Shown: positions 18,328 through 29,028, numbered from the stretch's first letter. The stretch is DNA of 64,000 bases from an archaeon (GCA_024276795.1 JAJRWK010000063.1:3800-67799); one strand, 5' to 3'. Made by a program: numbers and translations. The notes: generated by a model from the letters alone, not told the origin.

Positions 18328-19353
18328 TTATACGATTTCATGAGCAGCTTTCAGAGCACGATTCATTACGGCTAATCCTACTCCTTCAAAAGTTATGCCT
18401 TCGAAGATCCCGACATCATAAGAGGCTTCATCCAGTATTCTCAGGCTAGCAAAGAAGTTAGCTTGGATTTCTTGTGGATTTTTCCCTACAAGAATAGACA
18501 TCAAGTCATGTTGGTGTTGCGAATTGGTGCAAAGAACCAAGGGCTGTCCTCCTTGAGCTCGACCTATGGAGTCAATTTCTCTTGGAGACTTATCATGCCC
18601 ATCTAGTATAACCACGAGCTTTGTTTCAGGAGAATAATGTTTGTATTTCATTCCTGGTGAAATCGGCTGGTCAGAAGAGAAATCGGGTGGAACAACTATG
18701 TCTGAGATCACCGATCGCAGTTCTTCGAGCGTGATTCCTCCAGGACGAAGCAGAATAGGAGGATCATGAACAAGACTAATAACTGTTGATTCTACTCCGA
18801 CCAGTGTAGATCCTCCATCGAGAACCAAGGGAATCCGACCATTCAAATCTTGGATTACGTGGATCGCTTTCGTTGGGCTTGGTTTTCCAGACAAATTCGC
18901 ACTTGGTGCTGCTATGGGAACACCACTCTGTTCTATTAGCAAGAGAGCAACCTTATGAGCCGGCATTCGTATAGCAACGGTATCGAGATTCTTAGTTACT
19001 TCAGATGAAATGTATTCTGATCGGGGAAGGACAAAGGTAAGAGGGCCAGGCCAAAAACGCTCTGCGAGTCTTTTGGCTAAAGGAGGAAACTCAGTAACGC
19101 ATTTTTGAGCTTGATCAATGGAAGCTACATGAACAATGATTGGGTTATCTTGTGGTCGATTCTTGGCTTCAAATATTTTCCTAACCGCAAAAGTATTGGT
19201 AGCATCTGCCCCTAAACCATAAACGGTTTCTGTAGGGAATGCGATGACTTCTCCTTGCCTAATTAGATTTGCGGCGAGTTGCATTTCGCGAAGAGAAGGA
19301 TTGAGAGGATCTACTGAGACTAGTTTTGTATCTAATCGCGCGTTTTCGACCAT
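18328..19353 (-). CDS. sua5: Threonylcarbamoyl-AMP synthase (Sua5/YrdC with C-terminal Sua5 domain)
   Basis: YrdC fold block IAFPTETVYGLGADA. The ~340-aa length indicates the long Sua5 form. Confidence 0.7.
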   Translation of the reverse strand: MVENARLDTKLVSVDPLNPSLREMQLAANLIRQGEVIAFPTETVYGLGADATNTFAVRKIFEAKNRPQDNPIIVHVASIDQAQKCVTEFPPLAKRLAERFWPGPLTFVLPRSEYISSEVTKNLDTVAIRMPAHKVALLLIEQSGVPIAAPSANLSGKPSPTKAIHVIQDLNGRIPLVLDGGSTLVGVESTVISLVHDPPILLRPGGITLEELRSVISDIVVPPDFSSDQPISPGMKYKHYSPETKLVVILDGHDKSPREIDSIGRAQGGQPLVLCTNSQHQHDLMSILVGKNPQEIQANFFASLRILDEASYDVGIFEGITFEGVGLAVMNRALKAAHEIV

Positions 19354-19474
19354 TATATCAGCTAGTTATGAATACAACGAAGACTAAAACTTATTTGATT
19401 GGCACAACTGGAACGGTGCTTTTTTTGTTATCTAACTGAATGCACTTTTAAAGACACATTCGAGCTAAGGCATA

Positions 19475-20917
19475 ATGGAGGACTTGGCAAACATCTTAAT
19501 GACTGAGGCAGCAAACCAAGGAATTGAGCTTACCCAAATACGAATGAATAAAGAGTTCCTAGAAGAAATCAGATTTAGAAATGGCAATCTCGAGCGTGTG
19601 AATACGTCAATTCTTCAAGGAATTGGAGTAAGAGTTCGGCTAAAGTCGGCCTGGGGTTTTGCCTCAGTCGATTCTTGGGAAAAAACTGAAGCACTGGAAG
19701 CATTACGAAGAGCAATCAAAATTGCTAAAGCAAGTTCCTTGGCCAAGAGAAAAGATGACGGAAATCTTGTTGAGGAACCAGCACACCAGGATACATACGT
19801 CGTCTCTGTAAAGGAAAATCCTTTTGATAAAGATCTTGAAGAAAAAGTAGCGTTTCTCAAAGAGACCAATATTAGAATTAGGGATTCCCACGAGACAATT
19901 CGCATGTACCTAACAAATTATCAAGCCAGAAAAGTGGACACTTGGTTTTTCAGCTCAGAAGGAGCCCAGATTCATCAAGTCTTGCCCTACACTGGAGCTC
20001 AGCACACCGCAGTTGCAGTTGCTCCCCCTGAAATCCAGAGGAGAACCTTAGAAAACTTTCAGTCTCGAGGATGGGAAGCAATTGAAGACTTAGACTTGTT
20101 TTCTTTAGCAGAAAAAGTGGGAAAAGAAGTAGCAGTTCTTGCAACTCAAGCAAAAAAATCACCATCAGGGGTAATTCCGTTGATTTTGGAACCGTATCAG
20201 CTAGGCTTAACAATCCATGAGTCTCTCGGCCATCCCACTGAGCTCGACAGAGTATTAGGGTATGAAGCTGACTTTGCGGGAACATCATTCATGACTCCAG
20301 ACAAGCTTGGCATCTTGAAATATGGCAATGAAAGAGTAACCATGACGAATGATCCAACAATGAAAGGCGTGTTAGCACACTACAAATACGATGATGAAGG
20401 GACACTTGCCAAGAAGTTTCATCCAGTGAAAGAAGGGATATTCCAGGAATATCAGTCAGACAGAGAGCATGCTGGAATGTTAGAAAGAAAGTTCAGCACG
20501 GGGAATAGCAAAGCTCAGTCGTATAGATTTGTTCCAATCATTCGCATGGCTAATCTTTACATGGAACCAGATCCTTCGGGCTACAACGGGATTGAGGAAT
20601 TAATTGAAGATACTAAATATGGTGTTTATGGGCTTAACTGGAAATCACATTCAATATCGGATAAGCGTGTGAATTTTCAGTTTGCAACACAGATGGGTTA
20701 CCTTATCGAAAATGGAGAAATCAAACATCCCATCAAGAATCTTACCTACCAAGGAATAACGACTGATTTTTGGAACAGTGTTTCTGGAATGACGAAGCAG
20801 ATGCAAATTTGGGGCTTACCCTACTGTGGAAAAGGGGCACCCATGCAGGTTGGCTATGTTTCTCACGGAGGTCCGTGGACGCGATTTGACAATGTCAGAA
20901 TAGGAATATCAGATTAG
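19475..20917 (+). CDS. tldD: TldD-family metalloprotease
   Basis: H-E-x-x-x-G-H zinc motif (HESLGHPTELD). It is paired with a PmbA-like gene downstream. Confidence 0.7.
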   Translation: MEDLANILMTEAANQGIELTQIRMNKEFLEEIRFRNGNLERVNTSILQGIGVRVRLKSAWGFASVDSWEKTEALEALRRAIKIAKASSLAKRKDDGNLVEEPAHQDTYVVSVKENPFDKDLEEKVAFLKETNIRIRDSHETIRMYLTNYQARKVDTWFFSSEGAQIHQVLPYTGAQHTAVAVAPPEIQRRTLENFQSRGWEAIEDLDLFSLAEKVGKEVAVLATQAKKSPSGVIPLILEPYQLGLTIHESLGHPTELDRVLGYEADFAGTSFMTPDKLGILKYGNERVTMTNDPTMKGVLAHYKYDDEGTLAKKFHPVKEGIFQEYQSDREHAGMLERKFSTGNSKAQSYRFVPIIRMANLYMEPDPSGYNGIEELIEDTKYGVYGLNWKSHSISDKRVNFQFATQMGYLIENGEIKHPIKNLTYQGITTDFWNSVSGMTKQMQIWGLPYCGKGAPMQVGYVSHGGPWTRFDNVRIGISD

Positions 20918-20928
20918 GAGGAATAATA

Positions 20929-22272
20929 ATGAGCACTAACTTAGAGAAAATTCTCACAGAACTAGAAAAAAGAGGAACGAGTTCCGCACAAATAGAACTT
21001 TCCGGTATTTCGAGGATTTCTACCCGATTCGGAGAAAACCATATTACCCAAAATCAATGGCAAGTGGAGACTCAGCTCTCTATTGTTGTAGAGATTGACA
21101 AAAAGGTAGGATCAATTAGTGGCGATTCTCAATTACTAAAACGATCTCCAGAAGAAATCGCCGAACAAGTGATAAAAATTGCGAGAATATCACCACCAGA
21201 CAGTGAGTTTCCAGGCTATGCTCCCCCTTCAAAATATCACCAAATTCAGAGAACCCAAGAAGAAGTAGAGCCCGAAAAAATAGGTGAAGAAATAAGACAA
21301 GCCATCGATTCTGCTCTAAACTACGACGAAAAGGTCGAAAAAGTCGCCGGAAACGTGTTTGCGACAAAAACAAGATATCATCTTGTTAACTCACTTGGTT
21401 TAGACGCTGAACGAATATCCGTCATGTACGCGTCGACCATCAACGTAGCTGCTTTCGACGGAAACAATGAATCGCGTTCGACGGATAGAACCACTGGGAT
21501 CAAGTTAACGGATCTTGGCCTAGCAAACATGAGCAAAGAAGTCGCACAGATAGCAGTGATGGGATTGCACCAAAAAGAAATCGAGCCAGGAATATATCAA
21601 GCTATTCTTGAGCCTTTAGCAACTCAAGAAATACTTGTATTCTTCTTACAGGCAGCATCTGCAAGGATAGTGCAAGACCATCAATCTTTCTTGAAAGACA
21701 GAATTGGAGAACAAGTGGTCTCTGAGAACCTAACCCTTTCTCATGTTCCACTTGATGCGGAAAATGTCATGAACCGTGAATTTGACGTTGAGGTAACACC
21801 AACTAAAGACATCACATTTCTTGAGGATGGAGTATTAAAGGCATATGCGTACGACCGTCGAACAGCCAAAAAAGATGGAATTGAAAGTAATGGAACGGCT
21901 TGGAGAATATTTGGAGGACTTGTGCCAATGTTCGTCGGAAATAAACTGGAACCAGGAATCAAAACCAGAAAAGAACTCATTTCACAAATCGATTACGGGG
22001 TGCTTATTACTAATCTGTTCTACAATAATCTTGTAAATCCTCCATTGGGCACAGCCACTGGATTGACGCGCGACGGGCTATTCTTAATAGAGAAAGGAGA
22101 GATCACCGCTTCGCTAAAGAACATGAGATGGACGGATTCTATCCTTGAGATACTCAAGAACGTGGAAGTTGCCAATAATTTATCACAAAAAGCTAGATTT
22201 TTCTTCGGAGCAGACAGAACATGCTCTATTCTCACAGATCACTTTGCGTTTTCTTCTAAAACGGGCCATTGA
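20929..22272 (+). CDS. pmbA: PmbA/TldE-family partner protein
   Basis: Lies directly downstream of tldD. Size and C-terminal region are consistent with the PF01523 family. Confidence 0.6.
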   Translation: MSTNLEKILTELEKRGTSSAQIELSGISRISTRFGENHITQNQWQVETQLSIVVEIDKKVGSISGDSQLLKRSPEEIAEQVIKIARISPPDSEFPGYAPPSKYHQIQRTQEEVEPEKIGEEIRQAIDSALNYDEKVEKVAGNVFATKTRYHLVNSLGLDAERISVMYASTINVAAFDGNNESRSTDRTTGIKLTDLGLANMSKEVAQIAVMGLHQKEIEPGIYQAILEPLATQEILVFFLQAASARIVQDHQSFLKDRIGEQVVSENLTLSHVPLDAENVMNREFDVEVTPTKDITFLEDGVLKAYAYDRRTAKKDGIESNGTAWRIFGGLVPMFVGNKLEPGIKTRKELISQIDYGVLITNLFYNNLVNPPLGTATGLTRDGLFLIEKGEITASLKNMRWTDSILEILKNVEVANNLSQKARFFFGADRTCSILTDHFAFSSKTGH

Positions 22273-22284
22273 ACAGGAGTGAAG

Positions 22285-23382
22285 TTAGAGATAAGACACT
22301 TGAGCTCCTGCTCCGGGAAAGACCAGAGAAAAAGAAGAGTATCCCATATCCTCAAGAATTTTGGCAATGTTTGAGACATTATGCCTTTTTGGGAAACAGG
22401 CAATGACAGCGCCTCCTTTGCCTGAACCATTGATTTTTGCTCCATTAGCACCAATCGAAGCTAAGTCAGTAATGGTCTGGGAGACTTGTTTGCTACGAAT
22501 CTGAAAATCATTGAACACAATGTCTTGCTGGGAGAAAAAGAGCTGGCCTAGCAAAACCGAACTTATCATTCCTTCGTTGGAGACTAGATTTGTTACCAAA
22601 TACCGAGTCAGATCCCTCATCTTCAAAACACCACAGACAACTCGCTCCACATTAGCTTCCAATCCTAAGGCAGAGACCTCTTCGACTGTTGTTTTTTGAA
22701 GATCAAATTTTGGTAACACTTCCCTAACTTTCTGGATACTTGTCTGAATTTCTGAACGAAGCGATTTTAGGTCTGAAACAGTATTTTCTTTTATAGACCC
22801 GGTATTAACAATCAGTAGATTTCCCATTAGGGTGAAAGGCAGATTACCAACTCGAATACGAGGAGAGAACTCAAGATAATTCACACCTCCGTATGATGCT
22901 GCAAGATGATCTTGCATTCCACCAGCTTCATGAAATTCGAGAATTTCAGCTTGGTATGCAAGATTCGCAATAATACCGGGATTCAATTCTTCTTTTCCTT
23001 TCAGATATAGGAAAGCAACAATGAGGGCAGTAACAAAAGAACTAGACGAGCCCAGACCAGAAGACACTGGGAAATCAGTAGTAGAAATCATCGCAGCTCC
23101 GTTAGAGGGATGCTCTGGAAATGCTTGCTGAACTACGTTCCAAGCTGAGCGGACGTAGTCTCTCTGTTGGAAATAGGGAACACGTGATGACTCAACGGGA
23201 ATCTCAATGTCTTCACCAGTGACTGAGGAATGAAAAAGAATTCTCGGTGCAGATAAAACCTCCACATTGATTCGTTGGTAATATGGGAGGGCGTAAGAAA
23301 TAACTGGAAGGCCTAGGTAGTCTTGATGTTCACCACAGAGAACAGCTCTGCCGGGGCTTGTAACTATGAACTGAGATCGCAT
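22285..23382 (-). CDS. GHMP-family kinase (mevalonate kinase or pantoate kinase-like)
   Basis: N-terminal SPGRAVLCGEHQDYLG and the GHMP ATP-binding loop SSGLGSSSS. Confidence 0.55.
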   Translation of the reverse strand: MRSQFIVTSPGRAVLCGEHQDYLGLPVISYALPYYQRINVEVLSAPRILFHSSVTGEDIEIPVESSRVPYFQQRDYVRSAWNVVQQAFPEHPSNGAAMISTTDFPVSSGLGSSSSFVTALIVAFLYLKGKEELNPGIIANLAYQAEILEFHEAGGMQDHLAASYGGVNYLEFSPRIRVGNLPFTLMGNLLIVNTGSIKENTVSDLKSLRSEIQTSIQKVREVLPKFDLQKTTVEEVSALGLEANVERVVCGVLKMRDLTRYLVTNLVSNEGMISSVLLGQLFFSQQDIVFNDFQIRSKQVSQTITDLASIGANGAKINGSGKGGAVIACFPKRHNVSNIAKILEDMGYSSFSLVFPGAGAQVSYL

Positions 23383-23896
23383 ACTATTCCCTCCGAGAAG
23401 TTACTCCGAAAAGCAATACGAAAGAGGTTAGGCTTCCTATGCGTTCTATTGTCAAGACAACTTTTGGGAAAAGACCCAACATTGATCCAATATTTTTTTC
23501 CCCAAACATCCACTCAACTCTTCCTTCCATTAAGTCTTCTTCTAAGTATTTTATCCGACTCCTTAAAAGAAATACCACTTCACTGGTAAGCTGGAACAAT
23601 CCTTTAAACAACAGAAATAGTGGGAATTCCTGACTCACTGGAAGCTCTAACCAGAAAAGGTAGTAAAGTTGTTCTCTTGAGAAATGAATAACTGTCTCGT
23701 TCTTGGTAGGTTATATCCGCTATTGGTTTAGCTTTAAGGGAACAAGAACGTCCTTTCGTTCAATCAGTTAAACCAGAAAGGCGTCGCGATGGCACGAAAA
23801 GATCTCTGAAAAAATAGTCTAACAATATAATGAACAATAAAGTAAACTAAATCCCTTCCAATAGCAGATCTTGGCATGGAAGGAACCAACAACAAG

Positions 23897-24643
23897 CTAT
23901 TTGGGGGAAAAAAGCTCCCAATGCGTATCGTCTTTGGGTAGAATAAAGGGTCTTGTAATCTGGTCTTCTTTCTCCCATACGTCTTCGTAGGTGTGAACAA
24001 GGTAAATCCTTTTGGCGTCGATTTTGTCTTTTTTCTTGATAATTTCGCTAAAACTAAGATGCTGTGGAATACTCTGGTCAAATGTCGTGCATTCTGTAAT
24101 TACCGTATCTGCTTTAAATACATGATTCCATAGGTCTTCGGAATTGGGACCAGTGTCGCCCGTGTATCCCACTTTCCCTTGTTGGGTTTCAATTAATAGC
24201 AATCTAGCATGCGCATCATGATCGGCTGGAAAGGTAGTAAATTTGATTCCTTTAAAATCCCATTGAGTGTCTATCCTAAACTCAAAATGTTTCTGCCAGC
24301 CCTTGTTACTCATCCCCGGATAAACAATCTGCATTACTTGTTCCAAGACTTCTTTTCCTCCCTCTGGGAGAAAAAGTGGAAGGGATTTGTCTGGTGGAGT
24401 AAGATAAGTAAATTCTAACGCCACAAATACAAGCCCTAAGATATGATCACCATGTAAATGAGATAAATAAATCATGTCAAGATCAGCAGGTGTTAAGCTA
24501 TGTTTCTTCAAAGAGGAAACAACGGAAGGCCCAGCGTCTAGGAGTATTCTGGTGCCATCACACGTAATGAGATGGGAAGAGAGATTTCGACCGAGAGAAC
24601 CAAATGCCGCTGCTGTTCCTAAAAACAAAATTGACCCACACAT
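23897..24643 (-). CDS. Metallo-beta-lactamase-fold hydrolase
   Basis: H-x-H-x-D-H motif (YLSHLHGDHILGL). Confidence 0.6.
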   Translation of the reverse strand: MCGSILFLGTAAAFGSLGRNLSSHLITCDGTRILLDAGPSVVSSLKKHSLTPADLDMIYLSHLHGDHILGLVFVALEFTYLTPPDKSLPLFLPEGGKEVLEQVMQIVYPGMSNKGWQKHFEFRIDTQWDFKGIKFTTFPADHDAHARLLLIETQQGKVGYTGDTGPNSEDLWNHVFKADTVITECTTFDQSIPQHLSFSEIIKKKDKIDAKRIYLVHTYEDVWEKEDQITRPFILPKDDTHWELFSPK

Positions 24644-24654
24644 GTTTAATCCCG

Positions 24655-25410
24655 TTAGGAAGAAACTGTTTTCTTCTCTTTGTTGTAAAGGGGATAAGGT
24701 GATTCTCTTTTGGCGAGATGGATAACCAATGTCAATGACAATATCAGCAACGATTGAGCAAATATGGGCAAGACAGCATCATCATATCCCTTTGTAGCGA
24801 TGGAGCCGATATAGGTCAATTCAAAAAAGAAACGCAAAAACATTCCACTTATGAGGAACTTCGAGCTGTAGGGAGCATGATAAGCCGCCAAAGTTAAAGA
24901 CATGTGAGCAATAATTATCGCGAGCAAAATGAAGTAATATGAGGTATACTGCAAAGGAGATTCACTGCCTCCAGTAAGAAGGGGAGGAAGCAAGTATCGG
25001 CCAATGATTTCGCCAGCAGTCCACCCAAGCCCTGCTTTAAGAGTTAGGAGTTGAGTCGAAGACTGTCCTTCTGCTCCTTTTAGTATGGATCCATAACGTA
25101 TTGCTTCTGCCACAAAAGAAATGGCAAGAAATGCTAAGAACGCAATGGGTCTCACCTTTTGGTAAAGTTCAACAAATCCTGTGAGTCCTTGGATGAGTAG
25201 GAAGAGAACCAAGGGCAAGTATGTAATCAGTGCTGCCGAGCCCCAGAGAATGAAACCCCAGAGAAACGCTGATTGCCTCGCTCCAATAAGGGTTTTGGTA
25301 TGAAGACCGTAGGCGTAAGCTGCAACTGAGAAAAAAGAAGTAATTATTACGCCGATCATTAATGAAAGAGCAGCCATTGTGATTTGTGTAAAAAGCTTAG
25401 CAAAAAACAT
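24655..25410 (-). CDS. Polytopic membrane protein (hypothetical)
   Basis: About 7 predicted hydrophobic helices. No clear catalytic motif. Confidence 0.3.
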   Translation of the reverse strand: MFFAKLFTQITMAALSLMIGVIITSFFSVAAYAYGLHTKTLIGARQSAFLWGFILWGSAALITYLPLVLFLLIQGLTGFVELYQKVRPIAFLAFLAISFVAEAIRYGSILKGAEGQSSTQLLTLKAGLGWTAGEIIGRYLLPPLLTGGSESPLQYTSYYFILLAIIIAHMSLTLAAYHAPYSSKFLISGMFLRFFFELTYIGSIATKGYDDAVLPIFAQSLLILSLTLVIHLAKRESPYPLYNKEKKTVSS

Positions 25411-25427
25411 TTGCCCTTGGATTCTGC

Positions 25428-26630
25428 ATGTCTGAAGGTCTTCAACATTATTTGTGGACTAAGAATTGTTCTTTTGGACAAACTCAAATAAGAAATAGCT
25501 TCAAGACTCAAAATCTGATAGAAATGCCAGTCGATGATGAAAAGTTCCTTCAATATCATTCACGTAACTTACCGCTTCAAATACTCGGCAAGGAGGCTTT
25601 GGAAGATTTTAGATACGAGAGAGTAACAATTGCTGGAGTGGGTGGTTTAGGCACGGTCATTGCAGAACAGCTAGCTGCTTGTGGAGTTGGAAAACTACGG
25701 TTGATCGATCAAGATTTCGTAGAACTTCATAATTTACCCCGACAAAAATTATTCTTCGAAAAGGACATAGGAAGACCAAAAGTGGAAGCGGCTAGAGAAT
25801 TCATCGAGAAAAGAAATCCCTTTGTTGAAATCGAGGCCATTCACACGCGATTAGATGAGAGTAATGCGTTTCAGTTATTAGAAGGCTCAAGTGTGGTAAT
25901 TGACGCTTTGGACAATTTTGAAACTAGAAAAATCATCAATATAGAATGCTATAAACTCGGAATTCCTTGGATCTTCGGTGGAGCACTTGTTGAAACAGGA
26001 AATGTGATGAGCATTACTTACAAGGAAAATACGCCATGTTTTCATTGTCTTTTTGAGGAGTCGACTGATGAAGGAGCTCCAACTTGTGCTACTGCTGGGG
26101 TTTATCCTCCTATTTTAGGACTGATTGCCAACATTCAAGTCGAGGAAGCAATTCGAATACTCAGACATATGAAACCGCTCTTAGAAAGCAAGCTGATGGT
26201 GATAAGTACCGCAGATCTCAGCTTTGAAAAGATTGCCGTAAAGAAACGTGAAAATTGCCCTGTATGCGGAAAAACTCCAAGAATAAGACGTGCGCGTGGG
26301 GACTCTGTCAGAGAAGAGATTCATCACCCAGTTCTTGGAGACATAACCATAACGGGAATCTGCGGTTCAGGCAATTTCATAGCACACCCTCAGCAAGAAC
26401 CAAAGTGGGACTTTGAAGCTGTCGCTCAAAAACTGCTTAACAGATGGGAAGGCAAGAGAATAGGAAAATCAGTGGTGAGATTGCTTCTCGGAGACGGAAG
26501 AAGAGTGCAAGTTGCAAAGAGCGGAGTAATGACCATCGTCGTCAATGAAACCGTGGAGGAAGCCATCGAAATTTGTCAAGAAGTGTTGTCTGTCGCAGTC
26601 CAAAGCATCGAACAAGAACGCCAAACATAG
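25428..26630 (+). CDS. E1-like ThiF/MoeB/HesA-family adenylyltransferase with a ~120-aa C-terminal extension
   Basis: Nucleotide-binding motif VTIAGVGGLGTVIAEQLAACGVGKLRLIDQD. Zinc-binding CxxC pairs (CFHC ... CPVC). The real start is probably the ATG at 25524 (MPVDDEKF). The C-terminal ~120 aa (ITITGICGSGNF...) have no signature I could assign. Confidence 0.6.
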   Translation: MSEGLQHYLWTKNCSFGQTQIRNSFKTQNLIEMPVDDEKFLQYHSRNLPLQILGKEALEDFRYERVTIAGVGGLGTVIAEQLAACGVGKLRLIDQDFVELHNLPRQKLFFEKDIGRPKVEAAREFIEKRNPFVEIEAIHTRLDESNAFQLLEGSSVVIDALDNFETRKIINIECYKLGIPWIFGGALVETGNVMSITYKENTPCFHCLFEESTDEGAPTCATAGVYPPILGLIANIQVEEAIRILRHMKPLLESKLMVISTADLSFEKIAVKKRENCPVCGKTPRIRRARGDSVREEIHHPVLGDITITGICGSGNFIAHPQQEPKWDFEAVAQKLLNRWEGKRIGKSVVRLLLGDGRRVQVAKSGVMTIVVNETVEEAIEICQEVLSVAVQSIEQERQT

Positions 26631-26631
26631 A

Positions 26632-27861
26632 TCAAGATCTGAACCAATATCGATCCAGCACACTTTCAATGAATTGTTCCAAGAAATGGGTCAATGCAAT
26701 GATGAAATCATATTTTTCTTGGATGTCACGCTTAAGTATTTCAATACCATATTCAAACTCATCAATCTCTTGGTAGACCTTCTCCTCAGGAACTTTACCT
26801 GAAGCATTGAGCAGAGCAAAGACAAGATTTTTCGCTTCTTCAGCGGGATTCGAGGTATGACGAAGGGCTTCAATCCGTGTCTTCAAAGCATTGTCGACTT
26901 CTTCTCTCCACTGACGAGGAGGCATGTCTAACTCGTAAAGAGCCTTTATTTCGAAGAGAAGAGAAGTATCAACATTGGCTTTAGCCGCTACGTTTCTGAC
27001 TTCTTCTGCTTCTTTCCCACCTTTTTGGAGCGCTAGTAATAAGTTCATCCCTGTTCTTGGAATCCCGGCTATAACAACTTGGGAAGTTATTTCGAGAGAC
27101 TCAGGGCTTTCGTCAATAAGCTCTCTCCAGCGTCGGATTTGAGCAATGCTTCTTTCAACCCAAGAACTATGTTGGGGGCGTTCAAACAATTGTTCGAATT
27201 TGCTTAATATATGATAAAAGTATTGCCTTGCAGCTTGGAAGATAGGCCCTATTTCCTCAATCTTCCTTTTATGAAGTGAGGCGAGAATAGCAAGTGCTGC
27301 ATCTTCATAACTTGAGCTAGGATGGTTCTCTCTCCAATATTTTAGGAGCGGTGAGATATAATTTTGTTCCAGAATTTTTTGTTCGACAACATGTACCGCA
27401 GCAGAATCAGATGAGAATTCTTTAGCGATAAAAAGATCTTTTTCCACCTTGTTTAACTTTGTACGCTTGTCGATTATGAATTCTCGTAGTTCTCCGCGCA
27501 AGAGCTTTACCCAGGATCCTTCAGTAATGGCAAACTGCAAGTGAAAAGTAGGAATATCTGGGATAGTAACACCAGCGATCGTTCTTCTTTTTTGCTCAAA
27601 TTCCAAATCGCCCAAGGTTAATTCAATAGGTAGACCATAATAAATCTGTAGAGCAAGACTCACCCTCACAATTGACTCGTTGCGAATCTGACTTGCTTCC
27701 ATCAGCCGTTGAACTTCATCTTGATCTATTCTATCGAACAAAGGAGCCAAGTCCTGAAAAACCTTGTCTAAGCGCTCCTTTAAATTCTGGCTCGTAAATC
27801 GATCTTGGGCATAAGCAATTGCATCGTATGACAATTCATTCACCATTTTGGGTTTTTTCAA
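26632..27861 (-). CDS. Hypothetical alpha-helical protein, 409 aa
   Basis: Long ORF with good coding appearance. No motif recognised. Confidence 0.3.
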   Translation of the reverse strand: MKKPKMVNELSYDAIAYAQDRFTSQNLKERLDKVFQDLAPLFDRIDQDEVQRLMEASQIRNESIVRVSLALQIYYGLPIELTLGDLEFEQKRRTIAGVTIPDIPTFHLQFAITEGSWVKLLRGELREFIIDKRTKLNKVEKDLFIAKEFSSDSAAVHVVEQKILEQNYISPLLKYWRENHPSSSYEDAALAILASLHKRKIEEIGPIFQAARQYFYHILSKFEQLFERPQHSSWVERSIAQIRRWRELIDESPESLEITSQVVIAGIPRTGMNLLLALQKGGKEAEEVRNVAAKANVDTSLLFEIKALYELDMPPRQWREEVDNALKTRIEALRHTSNPAEEAKNLVFALLNASGKVPEEKVYQEIDEFEYGIEILKRDIQEKYDFIIALTHFLEQFIESVLDRYWFRS

Positions 27862-27996
27862 AAAAATCCTTTAGCTCCCAGCAGTTTCAAGATTGACATT
27901 GTTCAGATCCGTATAAGAGATTTACCCAAGAATAGTAGAAGCCCGTTATTAGGGAAACGTATTTTAATTGGCTTGCGGGTTTTGGATTGAAGATAT

Positions 27997-28302
27997 ATGG
28001 GTAGCTTTGAACCAGTATTGTCAGGATTCTGGCTGAACTTTCTATTCTGGACATTCTTAATACTAGGTATCGCGTCTGTCATTTGGTTCTTCTTGTACTA
28101 TGAATCATGGTATAGAGTTTACTCGCAAGACAACGTTACTTTGAGAAATGTGTTTTCGAGCCTAAGAGAAGGTGATTTCTTTGAAACCACTCTTAGATTC
28201 TTACGGAAACTCCTAATGCTGTTCCTCTCCATGTTAGTCACAGCCATTCTTCTTGGAACAGCTGTTCACTTGTTCCTTTACAAATTTGGCCTATCGATCT
28301 GA
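27997..28302 (+). CDS. Small membrane protein (hypothetical)
   Basis: Two to three hydrophobic helices. Confidence 0.25.
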   Translation: MGSFEPVLSGFWLNFLFWTFLILGIASVIWFFLYYESWYRVYSQDNVTLRNVFSSLREGDFFETTLRFLRKLLMLFLSMLVTAILLGTAVHLFLYKFGLSI

Positions 28303-28320
28303 GTTGATTTGTGATCACCC

Positions 28321-29028
28321 TTGCTAAACCAATTGCAACTTAAACTAAAGACAATAATAAACGATCGCGAGTTTAACTTTCTTGAATTCCTAGCACTTCT
28401 AGCACTCACTGCCGCACTTGCTGGTATTTTCTATTGGTATCAGACCCCGTATTTGACTCATTGGGAACCATGGGCATATGTGGCTTTTAGAGCAACTCGA
28501 ATGACTTTGATTTACGTGATATTCCCATTGATCTATGCGAAACATAAGGGACTCAGTCCCAAAAAGTGGGGAATAACATTTCCACGAAATATCGAATCTG
28601 TTCTGTTGGGAATGGGAGTATACGGAATTGCATTGGCTGTCTTTTGGCGCTACCGTATTTTCTTTGATTCATGGGCTGGTGCTGATCTGGCTACTTTGCT
28701 GACGGTAATACCGTTTGTCTGTATAATGGCAGCAATAACGGATTTTTGGACCCGTGGTTTTGTATTGCTAACCCTAAGCGATAGATACGGATGGCTTGTA
28801 GGGATCATAACACAAAATGTTTTCTGGTTCATCCTCCACTATTATGAGATATTGTTACTCGAGCCATATATTTCGTTCTGGGGAGGAGTCGCTCTGACCT
28901 TGATTCTGGGTTTATTGGGTGATATGGTAACTCTCCACTACCGTAACATTTGGGGTTTAATGATCGGCCACTCGCTACTAAACATCATGGTTGCGGGTTT
29001 GGCGTCAAATTGGTATGGTTTGGCATGA
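28321..29028 (+). CDS. Membrane protein, possible CPBP (CAAX-protease/bacteriocin-processing) family intramembrane metalloprotease
   Basis: Six to seven TM helices. F-x-x-x-H (FWFILHY) and H-x-x-x-N (IGHSLLN) motifs. No clear EExxxR motif was found, so confidence is low. Confidence 0.3.
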   Translation: MLNQLQLKLKTIINDREFNFLEFLALLALTAALAGIFYWYQTPYLTHWEPWAYVAFRATRMTLIYVIFPLIYAKHKGLSPKKWGITFPRNIESVLLGMGVYGIALAVFWRYRIFFDSWAGADLATLLTVIPFVCIMAAITDFWTRGFVLLTLSDRYGWLVGIITQNVFWFILHYYEILLLEPYISFWGGVALTLILGLLGDMVTLHYRNIWGLMIGHSLLNIMVAGLASNWYGLA

